A DNA stretch of 64,000 bases. Origin: a virus. Below the pieces are notes generated by a model, which was given only the letters and a program-made list of their open reading frames with translations, did no database searches and was not told the origin of the DNA. Within the stretch, counting starts at the first letter, position 1. Each line of letters starts with the position of its first letter. Positions 32,259 to 42,571 of this stretch are shown one piece after another. The position numbers and the translations under genes are program-made. Location of the stretch: IMG/VR virus record IMGVR_UViG_2935423994_000003, one strand, 5' to 3'.

Positions 32259-35200
32259 TCAGAAACTGAGGGTGACGGATCGCCCAGCGCCCCGGCCGAT
32301 CAGGGCCGAGAGCTGGAAGATGCGGATAGCGAGGGTGTCGCCGGGTCCGAGCAGCGCGCCCCAATCGGCAGTCTGTTGCGCTGCGGTGTAGAGGGCGCTG
32401 GTCGTGGCAACTTCTATGGTTCTCCTGACTGTTGCCCCGTCGAGGATTTCCACTTCATAGGCCTCGCTCTCTTCGGCGAGAGGCACATCGCCCGCGCCCC
32501 AGCTGTCGGCGGCCAGGGATCGCGACCGCCGCACCCAGCGGATCGTCAGATCGCCGGGGCTGCGGGCAAAGCGCCAGGGCTGCTCGACATGGGCAACCGA
32601 GAAGGGGCGCAGCCCGACGCCTTCGGGGGTGAACTCCACCGCGGTGTAGGTCTCGTCGCTCACGGGCTTAGAGGCCGGGCCGATGCGCCAGTTCCATGGC
32701 AGACCGAGATCAGCTTCGGAAACTGGCAGCGAGGTCAATGCCGTGTCCAGCACCACGACGCGCGCGCCCGTGGACACAACGCTGGCGATGACACCTTCGG
32801 TGCCGCGCTGGCCGCGCAGCAACCGGGTCAGGCGGTAACGCCCCGGCGCGACGAGTTCGGCCGTGCCCGCCTGGACAATCTCCCAGAGCCCCGGACTGGT
32901 CTCCACGGCCAGCGCATTGGCGCCGCCCAAGAGGGCGAGATCGGTGACGCTCTCGAGGGTGCCAGAATAGAGATCGACCAGCAGCGCATTGCCGAGATCG
33001 AAGCGCGCCACCGGCCCGGCATGGAAATCCGCCGACAGCACGCCCATGCGCGCCCGCGCGCCAAATGTGGTCAGCAGGGCAAAGCCATCCGTTGCCGCAC
33101 TTCGGTAGACGGCGATCTCACCCGGCCACGGCCTGGCATGGGCCGCGACCAAGGGCCGGTGCGCAGGCTGGTCGTCGCGCAGCTGCGGCAGATCGAGCAG
33201 GAGGATCTCAGGCGCGCCGAAGACCGTTGGAGTTGCGAGCGTGGTCGGGCGTCGCTCTCCGGGTGGCAGATCATAGACCGCGCGGTCCTGACGCACGGCG
33301 TCAATGCTGCGCAGGTCGGAGTCGGCGATGGACACGAGGCGCATCTCGGTCAATCGGCCATCGTGATCGAGCAGGATCACGTCAGCCGGATCCAGCGCCA
33401 GACGCGACGGCGGCAGACGGAACGCCGCAGTTTCGCGGCCAACCCAGGCTTCCATCAGGGCGCGGCGGCAGCGGCGCTCGGCCTCTTCCGGCGGCACCGC
33501 TATCGGGAACGCCTCGGAGGCGATGCGCGCGGTGTCCACCGTGATGCGCCGGGCCTCGACCTGCGCCGCGTCATAATCCTCGTCGGCGCGGGCGATCTGC
33601 CACTTCAGGGCCTGGGGCAGTTCGGTTTCCTGCGCGCGGGTCAGTTCCATCACGTCGCCCGATCCTGACGATGGCGCGACCATGCTGTCGGGGGTGATGG
33701 TCACGCTGCCAATCCGGCCGCGCATCAGGAACCTGATGCGGCCTTCGCTTTCCACCGCATCGAACCCGAAATGCCGCGCCAGGATGCCGAGCGAGGCGCG
33801 CGGCGCTTCCAGTGCCGAAATCACATAGCCCTCGACCGCGCCCCATAACTCGGAGACGTCGATTTGTTCCTCGGGCAGCCCGGCACGCAGGCAGAGCTGG
33901 CGCACCAATGCCGCCAGCGACACAGCCCCCAGCCGCCCGGTGAGCCAGTGCCCGAGCCGCCAGTTCGGGCCATCGCTCCAGACATCGGTGAGTTCCGGAA
34001 AGAACGGATAGGGCCGGGCATCCCAGGTCCAGGCGGCGCATTCGGGGACATGCACCATGCGCGCGCCATAGGCGGAAGACACCGGATTGTTCCTGGCCTC
34101 ACCCCACCAGAGATACATGGCCTCCAGATAGGCGCGCTGGATCGCATCATCCCGCCAGCCGCGGGAAAAGTGCGGCACCTGGCTTTCAGAGGACTTCGGG
34201 TCGAAGAACACATTCGGCTGGTTGGTGCCGCGATCAATCGCCGGGCAGCCCAGTTCGGTGAACCAGATCGGTTTTGATTGCGGCACCCATGCGGTGGGCG
34301 TGCCGCTCTCGATGCCACCTGGCCGGTCAAAATGCGCATTTTGCCACCAGGCGCGCAGATCCTTGAAGCGGAACACCCACGGCTTGTCCTCGCCGCCATC
34401 GGTAATAGGCGTTCTGATCTGCGCCGCGCGATCAGCCGGGCTGGCGTAGAACCAGTCGAACCCTTCGCCGCCCGTGATGTTGCTCTGCAGATAGGTCCGA
34501 TCATAAATCGCGGGGGCAAGGGCTGCATCGGCATGCTCAAACCCGTCGCGCCAGTCCGAGAGCGGCATGTAGTTATCAATGCCGATGAAGGTGATGCTGG
34601 GATCCGCCCAGAGCGGATCGAGGTGGAAATAGACATCGCCCGATCCATCGCTGGGCTGATGCCCGAAGTATTCCGACCAGTCGGCGGCATAGCTGATTGC
34701 GGTGCCCACCCCGAGGATCGCGCGCACGTCTGCGGCAAGGGATTTGAACGCGGTGACGGCGGGATAGGTCTCGGCCCCGCTCCGGATCGTGGTCAGCCCG
34801 GGCATCTCCGAGCCGATCAGGAAAGCGTCGACCCCGCCCGCCACCGCGCAGAGATGCGCGTAATGCAGCACCATGCGTCGCAGGCCCCAGTCCTCCAAGG
34901 GTCCGGCCCAGCTCACAACATCCCCCGACAGGCTGAAACTGGCGGGCGTGGCCGCGCCAAAGAAGGCCGCGACCTGTGCCGCGGCGGCGCTGGTCTTATC
35001 GACGCTTCCCGCGACCGCCGCCGCAGGCGAAGCGGTGATCCGCCCCCGCCAGGGAAAAGCTGGCTGGCCCGTCATCGCTTCATTGTCGGAATACGGGTCG
35101 GGCAGGCTGTTGCCGGGGGGCACATCCATCAAGAGAAATGGGTAAAAGGTCACCCGCAGCCCGCGCGCCCGGATCTCCCGGATCGCCTGAACCACCGCAA

Positions 35201-36230
35201 AATCCGCCGGTGTGCCGCCAAAGACCGGGCGGTCGTCGCTGTCGCGGCTGACGAGGAGGGCGTTGGCGCGGCTGACGCCATTCACCGACCAGGCGACGGG
35301 CGAGGTGATCTTGACGGGCAGCTCGACGCCGGGCCGGATCCTGCACTGCCCGGCCCGCAGGTCATCGCCGAACCAGGCCACCACGAGGCTGACGCTCTCG
35401 ATGCCCGGAACCGAGGCTTGCAGCCGGTCGAGCGCCACGACGATATCGGAGGTGTCGGAAATCGCGTTCATGTTCTCGGCGCGGGTCGCCCCACCCGGAC
35501 CGGAGAGCCGCCGGACGGGCTGGGTGGCGTAGATGACCTCGCCCGAGGCCGGGATCATCGTCACGGCCTTCACCAGCCCTTCGGCGGTGTCGGGATCGGC
35601 CAGCGGGCGAAACACCTCGAAGGAGAGCTGCGGCAGGCGATTGCCAAAGGCGGAAAGCGCCAGTTCCTCGAAAACCACATAGGCGGTGCCGCGATAGGCA
35701 GGAGTATTGCCCGCTCCCATCCTGGCGGCAATAAACGGATCTGGCTCCTGCGCCTCATCGCCGGGATACCAGCGCCAGGTCACGCCCGAGAGATCCATCG
35801 GCTTGCCATCGGCCCAGATGCGCCCGATCCCGGTCACTTCGCCCTCCGAGAGGGCGACGGCGAAGGAGGCAAAGTAGAGAAACTCGGTCGTGGTGACCTT
35901 TGGCCCGCCGCCCTTGCCACCGCCCTGACGGCTGGTTTTGGTCTCCTCGCGGAAATCCGTGGCCCAGATGATGTTGCCACCGATGCGCATCCGGCCAAAG
36001 AGGCGCGGGATGACCGCCCCTTCGGTCGAGGAGGTGATGCGCAGACTGTCTAGGCGCTGGCCTTCGATGCGTTGCGCGGGAGCCAGCGACGAGACGATCC
36101 AGGTGTCGACCACCGACCCGATGGATGAGCCGACAAAACCGCCGATGGTGGCGGCGCTCACGCCAAGGAGGCTGCCGCCGATGCTGCCGCCAATGGCGGT
36201 GCCGACGGCGCCGAGGACAAGCGTTGCCAC
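32259..36230 (-). CDS. GTA-type host-specificity/baseplate protein (TIM-barrel plus tail domain, RcGTA g15-like)
   Basis: 1323 aa; MATLVLGAVG start, IGSEMPGLT, YAADWSEY, IDNYMPLSDWRDG, WFTELGCP. Confidence 0.9.
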   Translation of the reverse strand: MATLVLGAVGTAIGGSIGGSLLGVSAATIGGFVGSSIGSVVDTWIVSSLAPAQRIEGQRLDSLRITSSTEGAVIPRLFGRMRIGGNIIWATDFREETKTSRQGGGKGGGPKVTTTEFLYFASFAVALSEGEVTGIGRIWADGKPMDLSGVTWRWYPGDEAQEPDPFIAARMGAGNTPAYRGTAYVVFEELALSAFGNRLPQLSFEVFRPLADPDTAEGLVKAVTMIPASGEVIYATQPVRRLSGPGGATRAENMNAISDTSDIVVALDRLQASVPGIESVSLVVAWFGDDLRAGQCRIRPGVELPVKITSPVAWSVNGVSRANALLVSRDSDDRPVFGGTPADFAVVQAIREIRARGLRVTFYPFLLMDVPPGNSLPDPYSDNEAMTGQPAFPWRGRITASPAAAVAGSVDKTSAAAAQVAAFFGAATPASFSLSGDVVSWAGPLEDWGLRRMVLHYAHLCAVAGGVDAFLIGSEMPGLTTIRSGAETYPAVTAFKSLAADVRAILGVGTAISYAADWSEYFGHQPSDGSGDVYFHLDPLWADPSITFIGIDNYMPLSDWRDGFEHADAALAPAIYDRTYLQSNITGGEGFDWFYASPADRAAQIRTPITDGGEDKPWVFRFKDLRAWWQNAHFDRPGGIESGTPTAWVPQSKPIWFTELGCPAIDRGTNQPNVFFDPKSSESQVPHFSRGWRDDAIQRAYLEAMYLWWGEARNNPVSSAYGARMVHVPECAAWTWDARPYPFFPELTDVWSDGPNWRLGHWLTGRLGAVSLAALVRQLCLRAGLPEEQIDVSELWGAVEGYVISALEAPRASLGILARHFGFDAVESEGRIRFLMRGRIGSVTITPDSMVAPSSGSGDVMELTRAQETELPQALKWQIARADEDYDAAQVEARRITVDTARIASEAFPIAVPPEEAERRCRRALMEAWVGRETAAFRLPPSRLALDPADVILLDHDGRLTEMRLVSIADSDLRSIDAVRQDRAVYDLPPGERRPTTLATPTVFGAPEILLLDLPQLRDDQPAHRPLVAAHARPWPGEIAVYRSAATDGFALLTTFGARARMGVLSADFHAGPVARFDLGNALLVDLYSGTLESVTDLALLGGANALAVETSPGLWEIVQAGTAELVAPGRYRLTRLLRGQRGTEGVIASVVSTGARVVVLDTALTSLPVSEADLGLPWNWRIGPASKPVSDETYTAVEFTPEGVGLRPFSVAHVEQPWRFARSPGDLTIRWVRRSRSLAADSWGAGDVPLAEESEAYEVEILDGATVRRTIEVATTSALYTAAQQTADWGALLGPGDTLAIRIFQLSALIGRGAGRSVTLSF

Positions 36231-36233
36231 AAG

Positions 36234-36671
36234 TCAGCCCCCCTCGGGAAAGAGGAAGGCGAAGGCGATGCGCCGCCGCCAGCTTGGGGTGAACGGTTGC
36301 TCGATCACACCAAGGTGCTCACAGGCGTGGATGAAGCTTTGGGGTCCGGTCAGGATCCCGACATGTTTGGCGATGGCGCGCGGGGCCATGCGGAATAGCA
36401 CCAGCGCGCCGGGCGGCGCGTCGGCGGACGTGATCTCCGGCATCATCGCGCGTGCACCGTCGGCCAGCACTTCATGCGGCCCGGTCTCGCCCCAGTCCCG
36501 GCTGTAGGGCGGGATCGGGAAGGGCTCGTCGCCCACCACCTCGCGCCAGACGCCGCGCGCGAGGCCAAGGCAATCACAGCCAACCCCGCAAAGGCTCGCC
36601 TGGTCGTGATAGGGCGTGCCGAGCCAGCGGCGGGCGGTGGCGATGACACGGGCGGGATCGGCGGTCATCAC
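36234..36671 (-). CDS. NlpC/P60 tail-associated peptidase (RcGTA g14-like)
   Basis: WLGTPYHDQAS..GCDCLGL..KHVGI. Confidence 0.88.
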   Translation of the reverse strand: MMTADPARVIATARRWLGTPYHDQASLCGVGCDCLGLARGVWREVVGDEPFPIPPYSRDWGETGPHEVLADGARAMMPEITSADAPPGALVLFRMAPRAIAKHVGILTGPQSFIHACEHLGVIEQPFTPSWRRRIAFAFLFPEGG

Positions 36672-37552
36672 AGGACTTCTCCCTCATGGCTGCCATCTTG
36701 CGATGCATATCTGAGGACCGCGTCCTGCCCCGGGATATGTGGGAAGCCCCGGAAGTTGGGGGTGTTGGCGAACTTGCCCGTGCAGGTGGCGATGCGCTTG
36801 TCGCAGCCCGCGCGCGCGATGAAACTGTCACCCTCAGCAATGGCGCGCACTGGCGCTTCCAAAAGGGTCAGGGTGGCGCTACTGCCCGCCAGCCCGTGCG
36901 CCAGCACCTCGGTGATCCGCCCGGCATTCGCCCCGCTGGTCCATGTGAGGGTCCCGGCGGCAAACCACCCGGCCTCAAACCCTGCGAGCCCCGAGGCCCG
37001 GAAGGCGCGGTCGCGCAGCAGGTCGGTCACCACGCCTGTGCCCTTGTAGATCGCGTTTTCCAGATCGATGCCGCAGCGCGCATCGCCAAGTTCCGCATCG
37101 CACCCCGCCTGAAACGTCCGCCCGACGGTCTGCCCCAGCACATGCGCGAGGCTGCGGACCTCGGCCACGAAGGCGATCCGCCCGCGCCGGATTTGACCCA
37201 CCGCACCGCGGCGCAGGAGCACACGCTGGCTGGTGTCGGCCCAGTTCACCCGCCACAGTTCCACCGCCGCATTGTCCCAGCGCCCGTCGAGAATGTCGCT
37301 CTCGGTGATCCGATCCGAGCTCAGCACGCCACTCGCGTCCTGCGCATCCACCGCCAGATCAGAGCCTGCGCGGATCTCCGAGGCGGCAAACCCGCTTTCG
37401 GGTTCAAATGCGGTGCCATCGAACACCAGCGCGCGATCATGATCGGTGAAGCCCAGCGCCACGCCATCGCTGCGCGAAATCCGCCAGCACCAGGCGAGCG
37501 TGGTGGTGCCATCGTCGAGATGGGCCTGCAGGTCTGGGGAGAGGGTCTTCAT
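36668..37552 (-). CDS. DUF2163 baseplate hub protein (RcGTA g13-like)
   Basis: LAWCWRI.R.DG..GFTDHD, GCDK..TC..KFAN..NFRGFPHIPG. Confidence 0.88.
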   Translation of the reverse strand: MKTLSPDLQAHLDDGTTTLAWCWRISRSDGVALGFTDHDRALVFDGTAFEPESGFAASEIRAGSDLAVDAQDASGVLSSDRITESDILDGRWDNAAVELWRVNWADTSQRVLLRRGAVGQIRRGRIAFVAEVRSLAHVLGQTVGRTFQAGCDAELGDARCGIDLENAIYKGTGVVTDLLRDRAFRASGLAGFEAGWFAAGTLTWTSGANAGRITEVLAHGLAGSSATLTLLEAPVRAIAEGDSFIARAGCDKRIATCTGKFANTPNFRGFPHIPGQDAVLRYASQDGSHEGEVL

Positions 37553-37568
37553 GGATAAACCTTGATAT

Positions 37569-37817
37569 GTGTCGCAACGGCAGCCAACTAACTGGGGACC
37601 CGAGTTGCGTGAGAGGGCGGTGGTGATGACGCAGGATATTCCCGACGACCCAGATGACGACAGCGAGGCCGCGCCTGCGGTCCCACTTGAGGATGCCGAT
37701 CTGACCATTGATGTGGTGAAGGTTGACGCATTTCTGGACGCCTTGAAGCAGGCCACGCCGCCGGAGGAGAACCGGGTTGTGCCGCTGATCCGCAAGCCCG
37801 GCCCCCGAACCCGCTAA
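37569..37817 (+). CDS. Small acidic antisense ORF inside the tail operon
   Basis: 82 aa ORF filling a gap between DUF2163 and DUF2460 genes. Confidence 0.45.
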   Translation: MSQRQPTNWGPELRERAVVMTQDIPDDPDDDSEAAPAVPLEDADLTIDVVKVDAFLDALKQATPPEENRVVPLIRKPGPRTR

Positions 37818-37874
37818 CGACGACCGCATCCGTGAGGGCGCAACTGCCATCTGTGCGTGGCCTGAGCCGTGCCC

Positions 37875-38504
37875 CTACCGCCGGATCTCGATGAGCGGAA
37901 TGGAGGTGATCGACCCGAGCCGTTCAAGATCGAGGGTGACGTCGAGCGTGTCGGTGTCAAACCGCACCGGCACGTCGAACTCGTAGCCCGCCGTGATCGC
38001 TACGCCCGCGCCGGGAGCGGTGATGAAGGTGACGCTGCCGGTGGTGGGATCAGCGCTCCAGCCCGACATCTGCTCGACCCCGTTCAGGGCAAGGCGAACG
38101 CTCCCCACGACCGGTTTGGCAATGGCGCGGGTCCAGTTTTGGGCACCGGAGGCGTAGTGCTTCAGAAGGGCGAAGCTGGTGACGGCCCCATTGCCGGTGC
38201 CGATCAGCTGATCGGTTGGGGCGACCGGCTGCGACGGCAGGGCGGATTTATAATCCGCCCAGTCCTTGAAGCGAAACCCATGCAGGCGCCCGCCTCTCGC
38301 CTCAAAGAAGGCCACCACCGCCGCCAGATCGTCAGCGCGGCGGATGCCGTAGGCCACATCATAGCGGCGGCGCGAATTGGCCCAGCTGGCATTGCGTTCC
38401 TCGTCACCGCTCGCCAATTCCACCACCTGTGTGCGCCGCTCCGGCCCGCCGCGTGCCCCGCGGCTGATGTTGTCGGGAAAGCGCACCTCATGAAACGCCA
38501 TCAT
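37875..38504 (-). CDS. DUF2460 distal tail protein (RcGTA g12-like)
   Basis: FHEVRFP..SRGARGGPERRT, GFRFKDW, EFDVPVRFD. Confidence 0.9.
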   Translation of the reverse strand: MMAFHEVRFPDNISRGARGGPERRTQVVELASGDEERNASWANSRRRYDVAYGIRRADDLAAVVAFFEARGGRLHGFRFKDWADYKSALPSQPVAPTDQLIGTGNGAVTSFALLKHYASGAQNWTRAIAKPVVGSVRLALNGVEQMSGWSADPTTGSVTFITAPGAGVAITAGYEFDVPVRFDTDTLDVTLDLERLGSITSIPLIEIRR

Positions 38505-40948
38505 ATGCCCCTCTGGCCCAGCGACACCGCGCGGGCAATGTCGGCGGCGACCTGTGTTCTGGACTGCCGGAAGCTGTCGGCGTCACGCGCGTTGATGGTG
38601 ACATTGACGGCAGGTGCTGCGGACTGTCCCTGGCCAAAGCCAGCCGCCTCTCGACGCGACAGCACCCGTTCGCCGCGTTGCAGGATCGCCGGAACCTCGT
38701 CCGGGCGCAGTCCGGCAAAGCCACCCGCGTGCATGCGCGGCGCATTGGCAAAGGCCAGCGCTGGCACCATGCGACCGGGGCCCGGCGATCCGACCACGCC
38801 GCCCGCGTGCAGGATGCTGGCGAACAACCCGCCCGCACCGCCCAGCGCGCCCGACAGGGCATTGGCGATCGGCCCGAGAATGAAGCGCCGCGCCGCCAGT
38901 TTGGCCAGATCGGCGATCATCGACGTGACCAGATCGCCGAAGTCGAGCTTGCCGGTCTTCACAAACTCGCCCACCGCATTCTCGGCGCTCTGGAAGGCCC
39001 CGACCAGTGTCTGACCTATGTCGCCGCCAATGTCGCGGGCCCTGGCGGCATAGTCGGCCAGCGTGGCGGTGACGGCGGTCCAGCCGGTCAGGGCGGTTTT
39101 TGCGCCTTCAGCGGTCGCGGTCCCCGCAGCGCGACCAGCCGCCCCGGCGCGACCTGCGGCACCGCCAGTGTCGTCAAGTTCCTCGCCCAGCGCGGCTGCT
39201 GCGGCGGCGGCCCCGGCCAGCGCGGCGTCGGCCTCCGCCCCGCTGCCGGTCATCGCGTCGCGCAGTGCCTGCAGACTGGCGAGCGGTCGCCCGGCGGCAT
39301 CGGCCAGCACGCCCGCCGCCTCGCGAAACCCATCGGCGCGGGTGCGGGCATCCTCGGCCATCGCGCCGAGGCCAAGATCGGGGGGTTCCAGGAAGCTGCG
39401 CGACAGGGCGGCCGAAAAGGCATCGGCTGCCGCAGTGCCCGCCGCTTCGGCAGAGCCTTCAAACGGATTGCCGATCCGTGCGAGGCCCACCTGATCCAGC
39501 GTGCCGATCCGCACGCCGCCCTCGCCGGTGGCCCATTCCGGCAGCAGGGCAAGGGCCGCGTTCAAGCTTTCGATGAAGCGGTTGATGCGGGTGACGACGC
39601 CGTTCAGCATCGCCTCGACGCCGGAGATCAGCCCGTTCGCGGCCTGGAAGGCGAAGTCCCCGATGGCACCGGGCAGTCGCTCCCAGATCGCCACGGCGGC
39701 ATCAAAGGCCCCCTGAAAGATCGCCGCCGTCCGGTCGCCGAAGCTCACCACGCCTGCGATGGTGCCCTCAAGTGCCGACAGGCCGGATGCCTTCAGCTCC
39801 TCCCAGCCCGCCGCCATGTTGGCAAGGGCTGCGTCGAGCGCCAGTCCCATGCGCGACCAGACCTCTTTGGCGAGATCCCCCAGCAGCCGGAACGCCCCGC
39901 CCACGCCGCCTGCGCCCGCGACCAGCCTTGTGAACTGGAACACCAGCTCGCCCGCACCCACAATCAGCGCGCCGATCCCGGTGCGGATCAGCGCTCCTCG
40001 CAGGACGACCAACCCGGTCGCCAGCCCGCGCACCGAGAGCGCCGCCGCTGCCAGTCCGGCCACCCAGCGCCCGGCCATGAGGGCGGCAAAGGTCGCGGCG
40101 ATGGACGCCAGCCGTCCGATATTGTCAAAAAGCGCCTTGATCGCAGTCCCCAGTGGCCCGGTGGTGCGCGCGACAGCGGCCAGCGCATTGGCGACAGCCT
40201 CAAGCGCCGGGGCCGCCGCCACCGCCAGTTGGTTCGAGACCCCGCGCCAGATCAGCCCCAGCCGGGAGATCGCGTCATTGGTGCGCTGGATCTGGCTGGC
40301 GTCAGCCTCCGAGACCACCACCCCGAAATCCTGCACATCTGCCGTCGCTTGCCGCAAGGTGGCCGTGTCGATCCGGGTGAACACCAGTGCTGCCCGGTCG
40401 CCAAAGAGCTGCGAGGCGACAGCGGCGCGCTCGGCCTCTGGCACAAACTGGCCCAGCGCCTCCTGAATGGTGGCGATGCGTTGATCCAGCGGCAGGCGTT
40501 GCAGATCCTCGGCCGAGAGCCGCAGGCGGCGCAGGGCGTCCACGGCGGGGCCGGTCCCGGCAGCGGCCTGGCTCAGCCGCCGTGTCAGCTGCACGGTGGC
40601 CTGTTCGACCTGACCCATCGACACACCCGCCAGATCGCCCGCGCGCTCCAGCACCTGAATGCTGGCCACGGTCGTGCCGAGCGAGGCCGCGAGCTTGGCC
40701 TGCGCGTCCACCGTCTGCAGCCCCGAGCGGATCATCGCGGCCCCGGCGGCGGCGAGCGCGGCCGTGACGGCGGCGGCGGCCAGCGTGGCGCGGCGGGCAA
40801 AGGCGGCAACGCGGGCATTGGCCAGATCCATCTCGCGGCTGAGACGGCCAAAGCCGCGCGCGCCAGCCGCGCCCACGCCCTCGAGCTCTGCACGCACCTG
40901 GCGGCCGCCTTCCGCCACGAGGCGGACGGACACGCGTTTCTCAGCCAT
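38501..40948 (-). CDS. Tape measure protein
   Basis: 815 aa Ala/Gly-rich; follows the chaperone genes. Confidence 0.88.
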   Translation of the reverse strand: MAEKRVSVRLVAEGGRQVRAELEGVGAAGARGFGRLSREMDLANARVAAFARRATLAAAAVTAALAAAGAAMIRSGLQTVDAQAKLAASLGTTVASIQVLERAGDLAGVSMGQVEQATVQLTRRLSQAAAGTGPAVDALRRLRLSAEDLQRLPLDQRIATIQEALGQFVPEAERAAVASQLFGDRAALVFTRIDTATLRQATADVQDFGVVVSEADASQIQRTNDAISRLGLIWRGVSNQLAVAAAPALEAVANALAAVARTTGPLGTAIKALFDNIGRLASIAATFAALMAGRWVAGLAAAALSVRGLATGLVVLRGALIRTGIGALIVGAGELVFQFTRLVAGAGGVGGAFRLLGDLAKEVWSRMGLALDAALANMAAGWEELKASGLSALEGTIAGVVSFGDRTAAIFQGAFDAAVAIWERLPGAIGDFAFQAANGLISGVEAMLNGVVTRINRFIESLNAALALLPEWATGEGGVRIGTLDQVGLARIGNPFEGSAEAAGTAAADAFSAALSRSFLEPPDLGLGAMAEDARTRADGFREAAGVLADAAGRPLASLQALRDAMTGSGAEADAALAGAAAAAAALGEELDDTGGAAGRAGAAGRAAGTATAEGAKTALTGWTAVTATLADYAARARDIGGDIGQTLVGAFQSAENAVGEFVKTGKLDFGDLVTSMIADLAKLAARRFILGPIANALSGALGGAGGLFASILHAGGVVGSPGPGRMVPALAFANAPRMHAGGFAGLRPDEVPAILQRGERVLSRREAAGFGQGQSAAPAVNVTINARDADSFRQSRTQVAADIARAVSLGQRGI

Positions 40949-41264
40949 CGCGGCTTCCTTCCATCTCTTCGTTGAGTTTGCGCACCATCACCGCCTCGAT
41001 CTCGGGCAGCAGTTCGGCGGCGATCAGGGGGGCGATGCCCAGCGCCTGCGCCATCGCGAGGGCCGCGCCCATGTCCCAGCCCAAGACCGCGCCGGGGATC
41101 ACGCGCAACTGCCCGCCAAGGCGGCCGACCAGATCCCAGACCTGCCAGCCTTCCTTCGTCTTGGGTCGGCTCAGTCTTGCGGGGCAGTCGGGGCAGGGGC
41201 CGGAACAGGCTGCGCAGTATCGGTCGCCCCCGCCGAAGGACCAGTCGGCGAGGGCGCGGAGGCG
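40941..41264 (-). CDS. Tail assembly chaperone GT extension (-1 frame)
   Basis: Open for 107 codons after A AAA AAC (41264-41270); its stop overlaps the tape-measure start. Confidence 0.8.
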   Translation of the reverse strand, partial: RLRALADWSFGGGDRYCAACSGPCPDCPARLSRPKTKEGWQVWDLVGRLGGQLRVIPGAVLGWDMGAALAMAQALGIAPLIAAELLPEIEAVMVRKLNEEMEGSRDG

Positions 41265-41608
41265 TTTTTTTCCGCGTCCAGAATGAGACCCCGCGCGACA
41301 TAAGAGGTCTGGAACGCCTCAAAGACCGGCCAGATTTCCAGCAGGGCATCAATGCCCTCGGGCGTGACCAGCACTGGATTGCCTTCGTCATCGCCCACGC
41401 CCTCCCAATCCAGCACGGCGCGGCGGGCGATGGCCTTGGCCATGGCGAGCGCCAGGTCTTCCTGACTGGCATCCTGGGGCAGGGCCTCGACGGCAGCATC
41501 GGCGCGGGCCGAGACCATCACGGCGGTGGTCAGAGGGGCGACCTGCAGGCGCAGGCCGGGGGCGAGGTCCAGCCATTCGGGGCCGGCGGTCAGGTTCAGG
41601 CGGATCAT
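41171..41608 (-). CDS. Tail assembly chaperone G-like
   Basis: Homolog of 1059-1496. Confidence 0.8.
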   Translation of the reverse strand: MIRLNLTAGPEWLDLAPGLRLQVAPLTTAVMVSARADAAVEALPQDASQEDLALAMAKAIARRAVLDWEGVGDDEGNPVLVTPEGIDALLEIWPVFEAFQTSYVARGLILDAEKNASAPSPTGPSAGATDTAQPVPAPAPTAPQD

Positions 41609-42546
41609 CAATAGGCCTCCAGATCGTTGATCAGGGTTGCGGTGCACATTCGGCCCACCACGGTGTCGCGCGCCGCTTGCCAGTCGAAGGTGGCCTGCAC
41701 GCCCTGCGGTCCGGAAATCTCGATCCGGGGTCGCGGCAAATAGACGGCGTGCACGGTGAAGGTGAAGCTTTCGCCCGAGGGGAGGACATAGGCGAAGCTG
41801 ATCTCGGCGGGATTGCCGTTGATGGCCTGGCTCACCAGCGTGCTGTCGGCAAAGCGGACCTCGATGCGCCCCGTGAGGGCTGCGATGCTTGGGTCGGCCC
41901 CGTCGATCCTGCCGTCGCTGCGGATGGTCTCGATCCGGTCGAGGTTGTTGGCGTAGGTGATCTCGGCCGAGACCACGTTGCCCAGCGCCGTGCCGTTGCG
42001 GCTGATTGCGCCGTTGAAGTGGCCAAACCGTTTCAGCGCCAGATCGGCAGGCGTGCCTGCGGCGGATGTGGTGGCAATCGCCTCACCCTGCGCCACTAGC
42101 CGCGCGGTGGCCGTCAACAGCCCCGCGCGCTGCACCTGCCAGCTCAGCTGATCCAGCACGCAGCCGGAATACATCGCATAGCGCGGCACCTCCGGCATGC
42201 CGGTCTCGATCGACATCGAGGGCAGCGTCCAACTGCCCGACCGAAATTCGTGGGTGTAGGGCCCAATGCCAGTGCTGGTCGGATCGCCAAACGCCGCCTT
42301 GAGCCAGAACCCGAAGCCCGCGGCATCGATCGGCACCACCACATCGCCATCCGCCGTCACCGCGTCCTTGATCGGGGCCAGAGGATCGCGGCCATAGCCC
42401 AGCAGTTCTGAGTTCAGGAGCGGCTGTTCCGATCCCAGCGAGGTGCTGGCAAAGGGCATCTTCGTGAAACCGCCTACGGGGGGCGTTCCATAGGTCGTCT
42501 CGAACGCGAGCGCCATCTGCGCCCGCGCGCCTTGCGCACGTGCCAT
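41608..42546 (-). CDS. Tail tube protein
   Basis: Homolog of 1498-2436. Confidence 0.8.
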   Translation of the reverse strand: MARAQGARAQMALAFETTYGTPPVGGFTKMPFASTSLGSEQPLLNSELLGYGRDPLAPIKDAVTADGDVVVPIDAAGFGFWLKAAFGDPTSTGIGPYTHEFRSGSWTLPSMSIETGMPEVPRYAMYSGCVLDQLSWQVQRAGLLTATARLVAQGEAIATTSAAGTPADLALKRFGHFNGAISRNGTALGNVVSAEITYANNLDRIETIRSDGRIDGADPSIAALTGRIEVRFADSTLVSQAINGNPAEISFAYVLPSGESFTFTVHAVYLPRPRIEISGPQGVQATFDWQAARDTVVGRMCTATLINDLEAY

Positions 42547-42571
42547 GGGGGTCTCCTCAATGTTGGGGGTG

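Noticed and set aside
31129-36230. Diversity-generating retroelement or invertible tail-fibre switch
   Set aside because: No reverse transcriptase, template/variable repeat pair, invertase or flanking inverted sites seen.
32259-40948. Gene transfer agent cluster
   Set aside because: GTA-like tail-tip genes are embedded in an element with lambda-type head, cos, att and (in the sister copy) integrase and replication genes.
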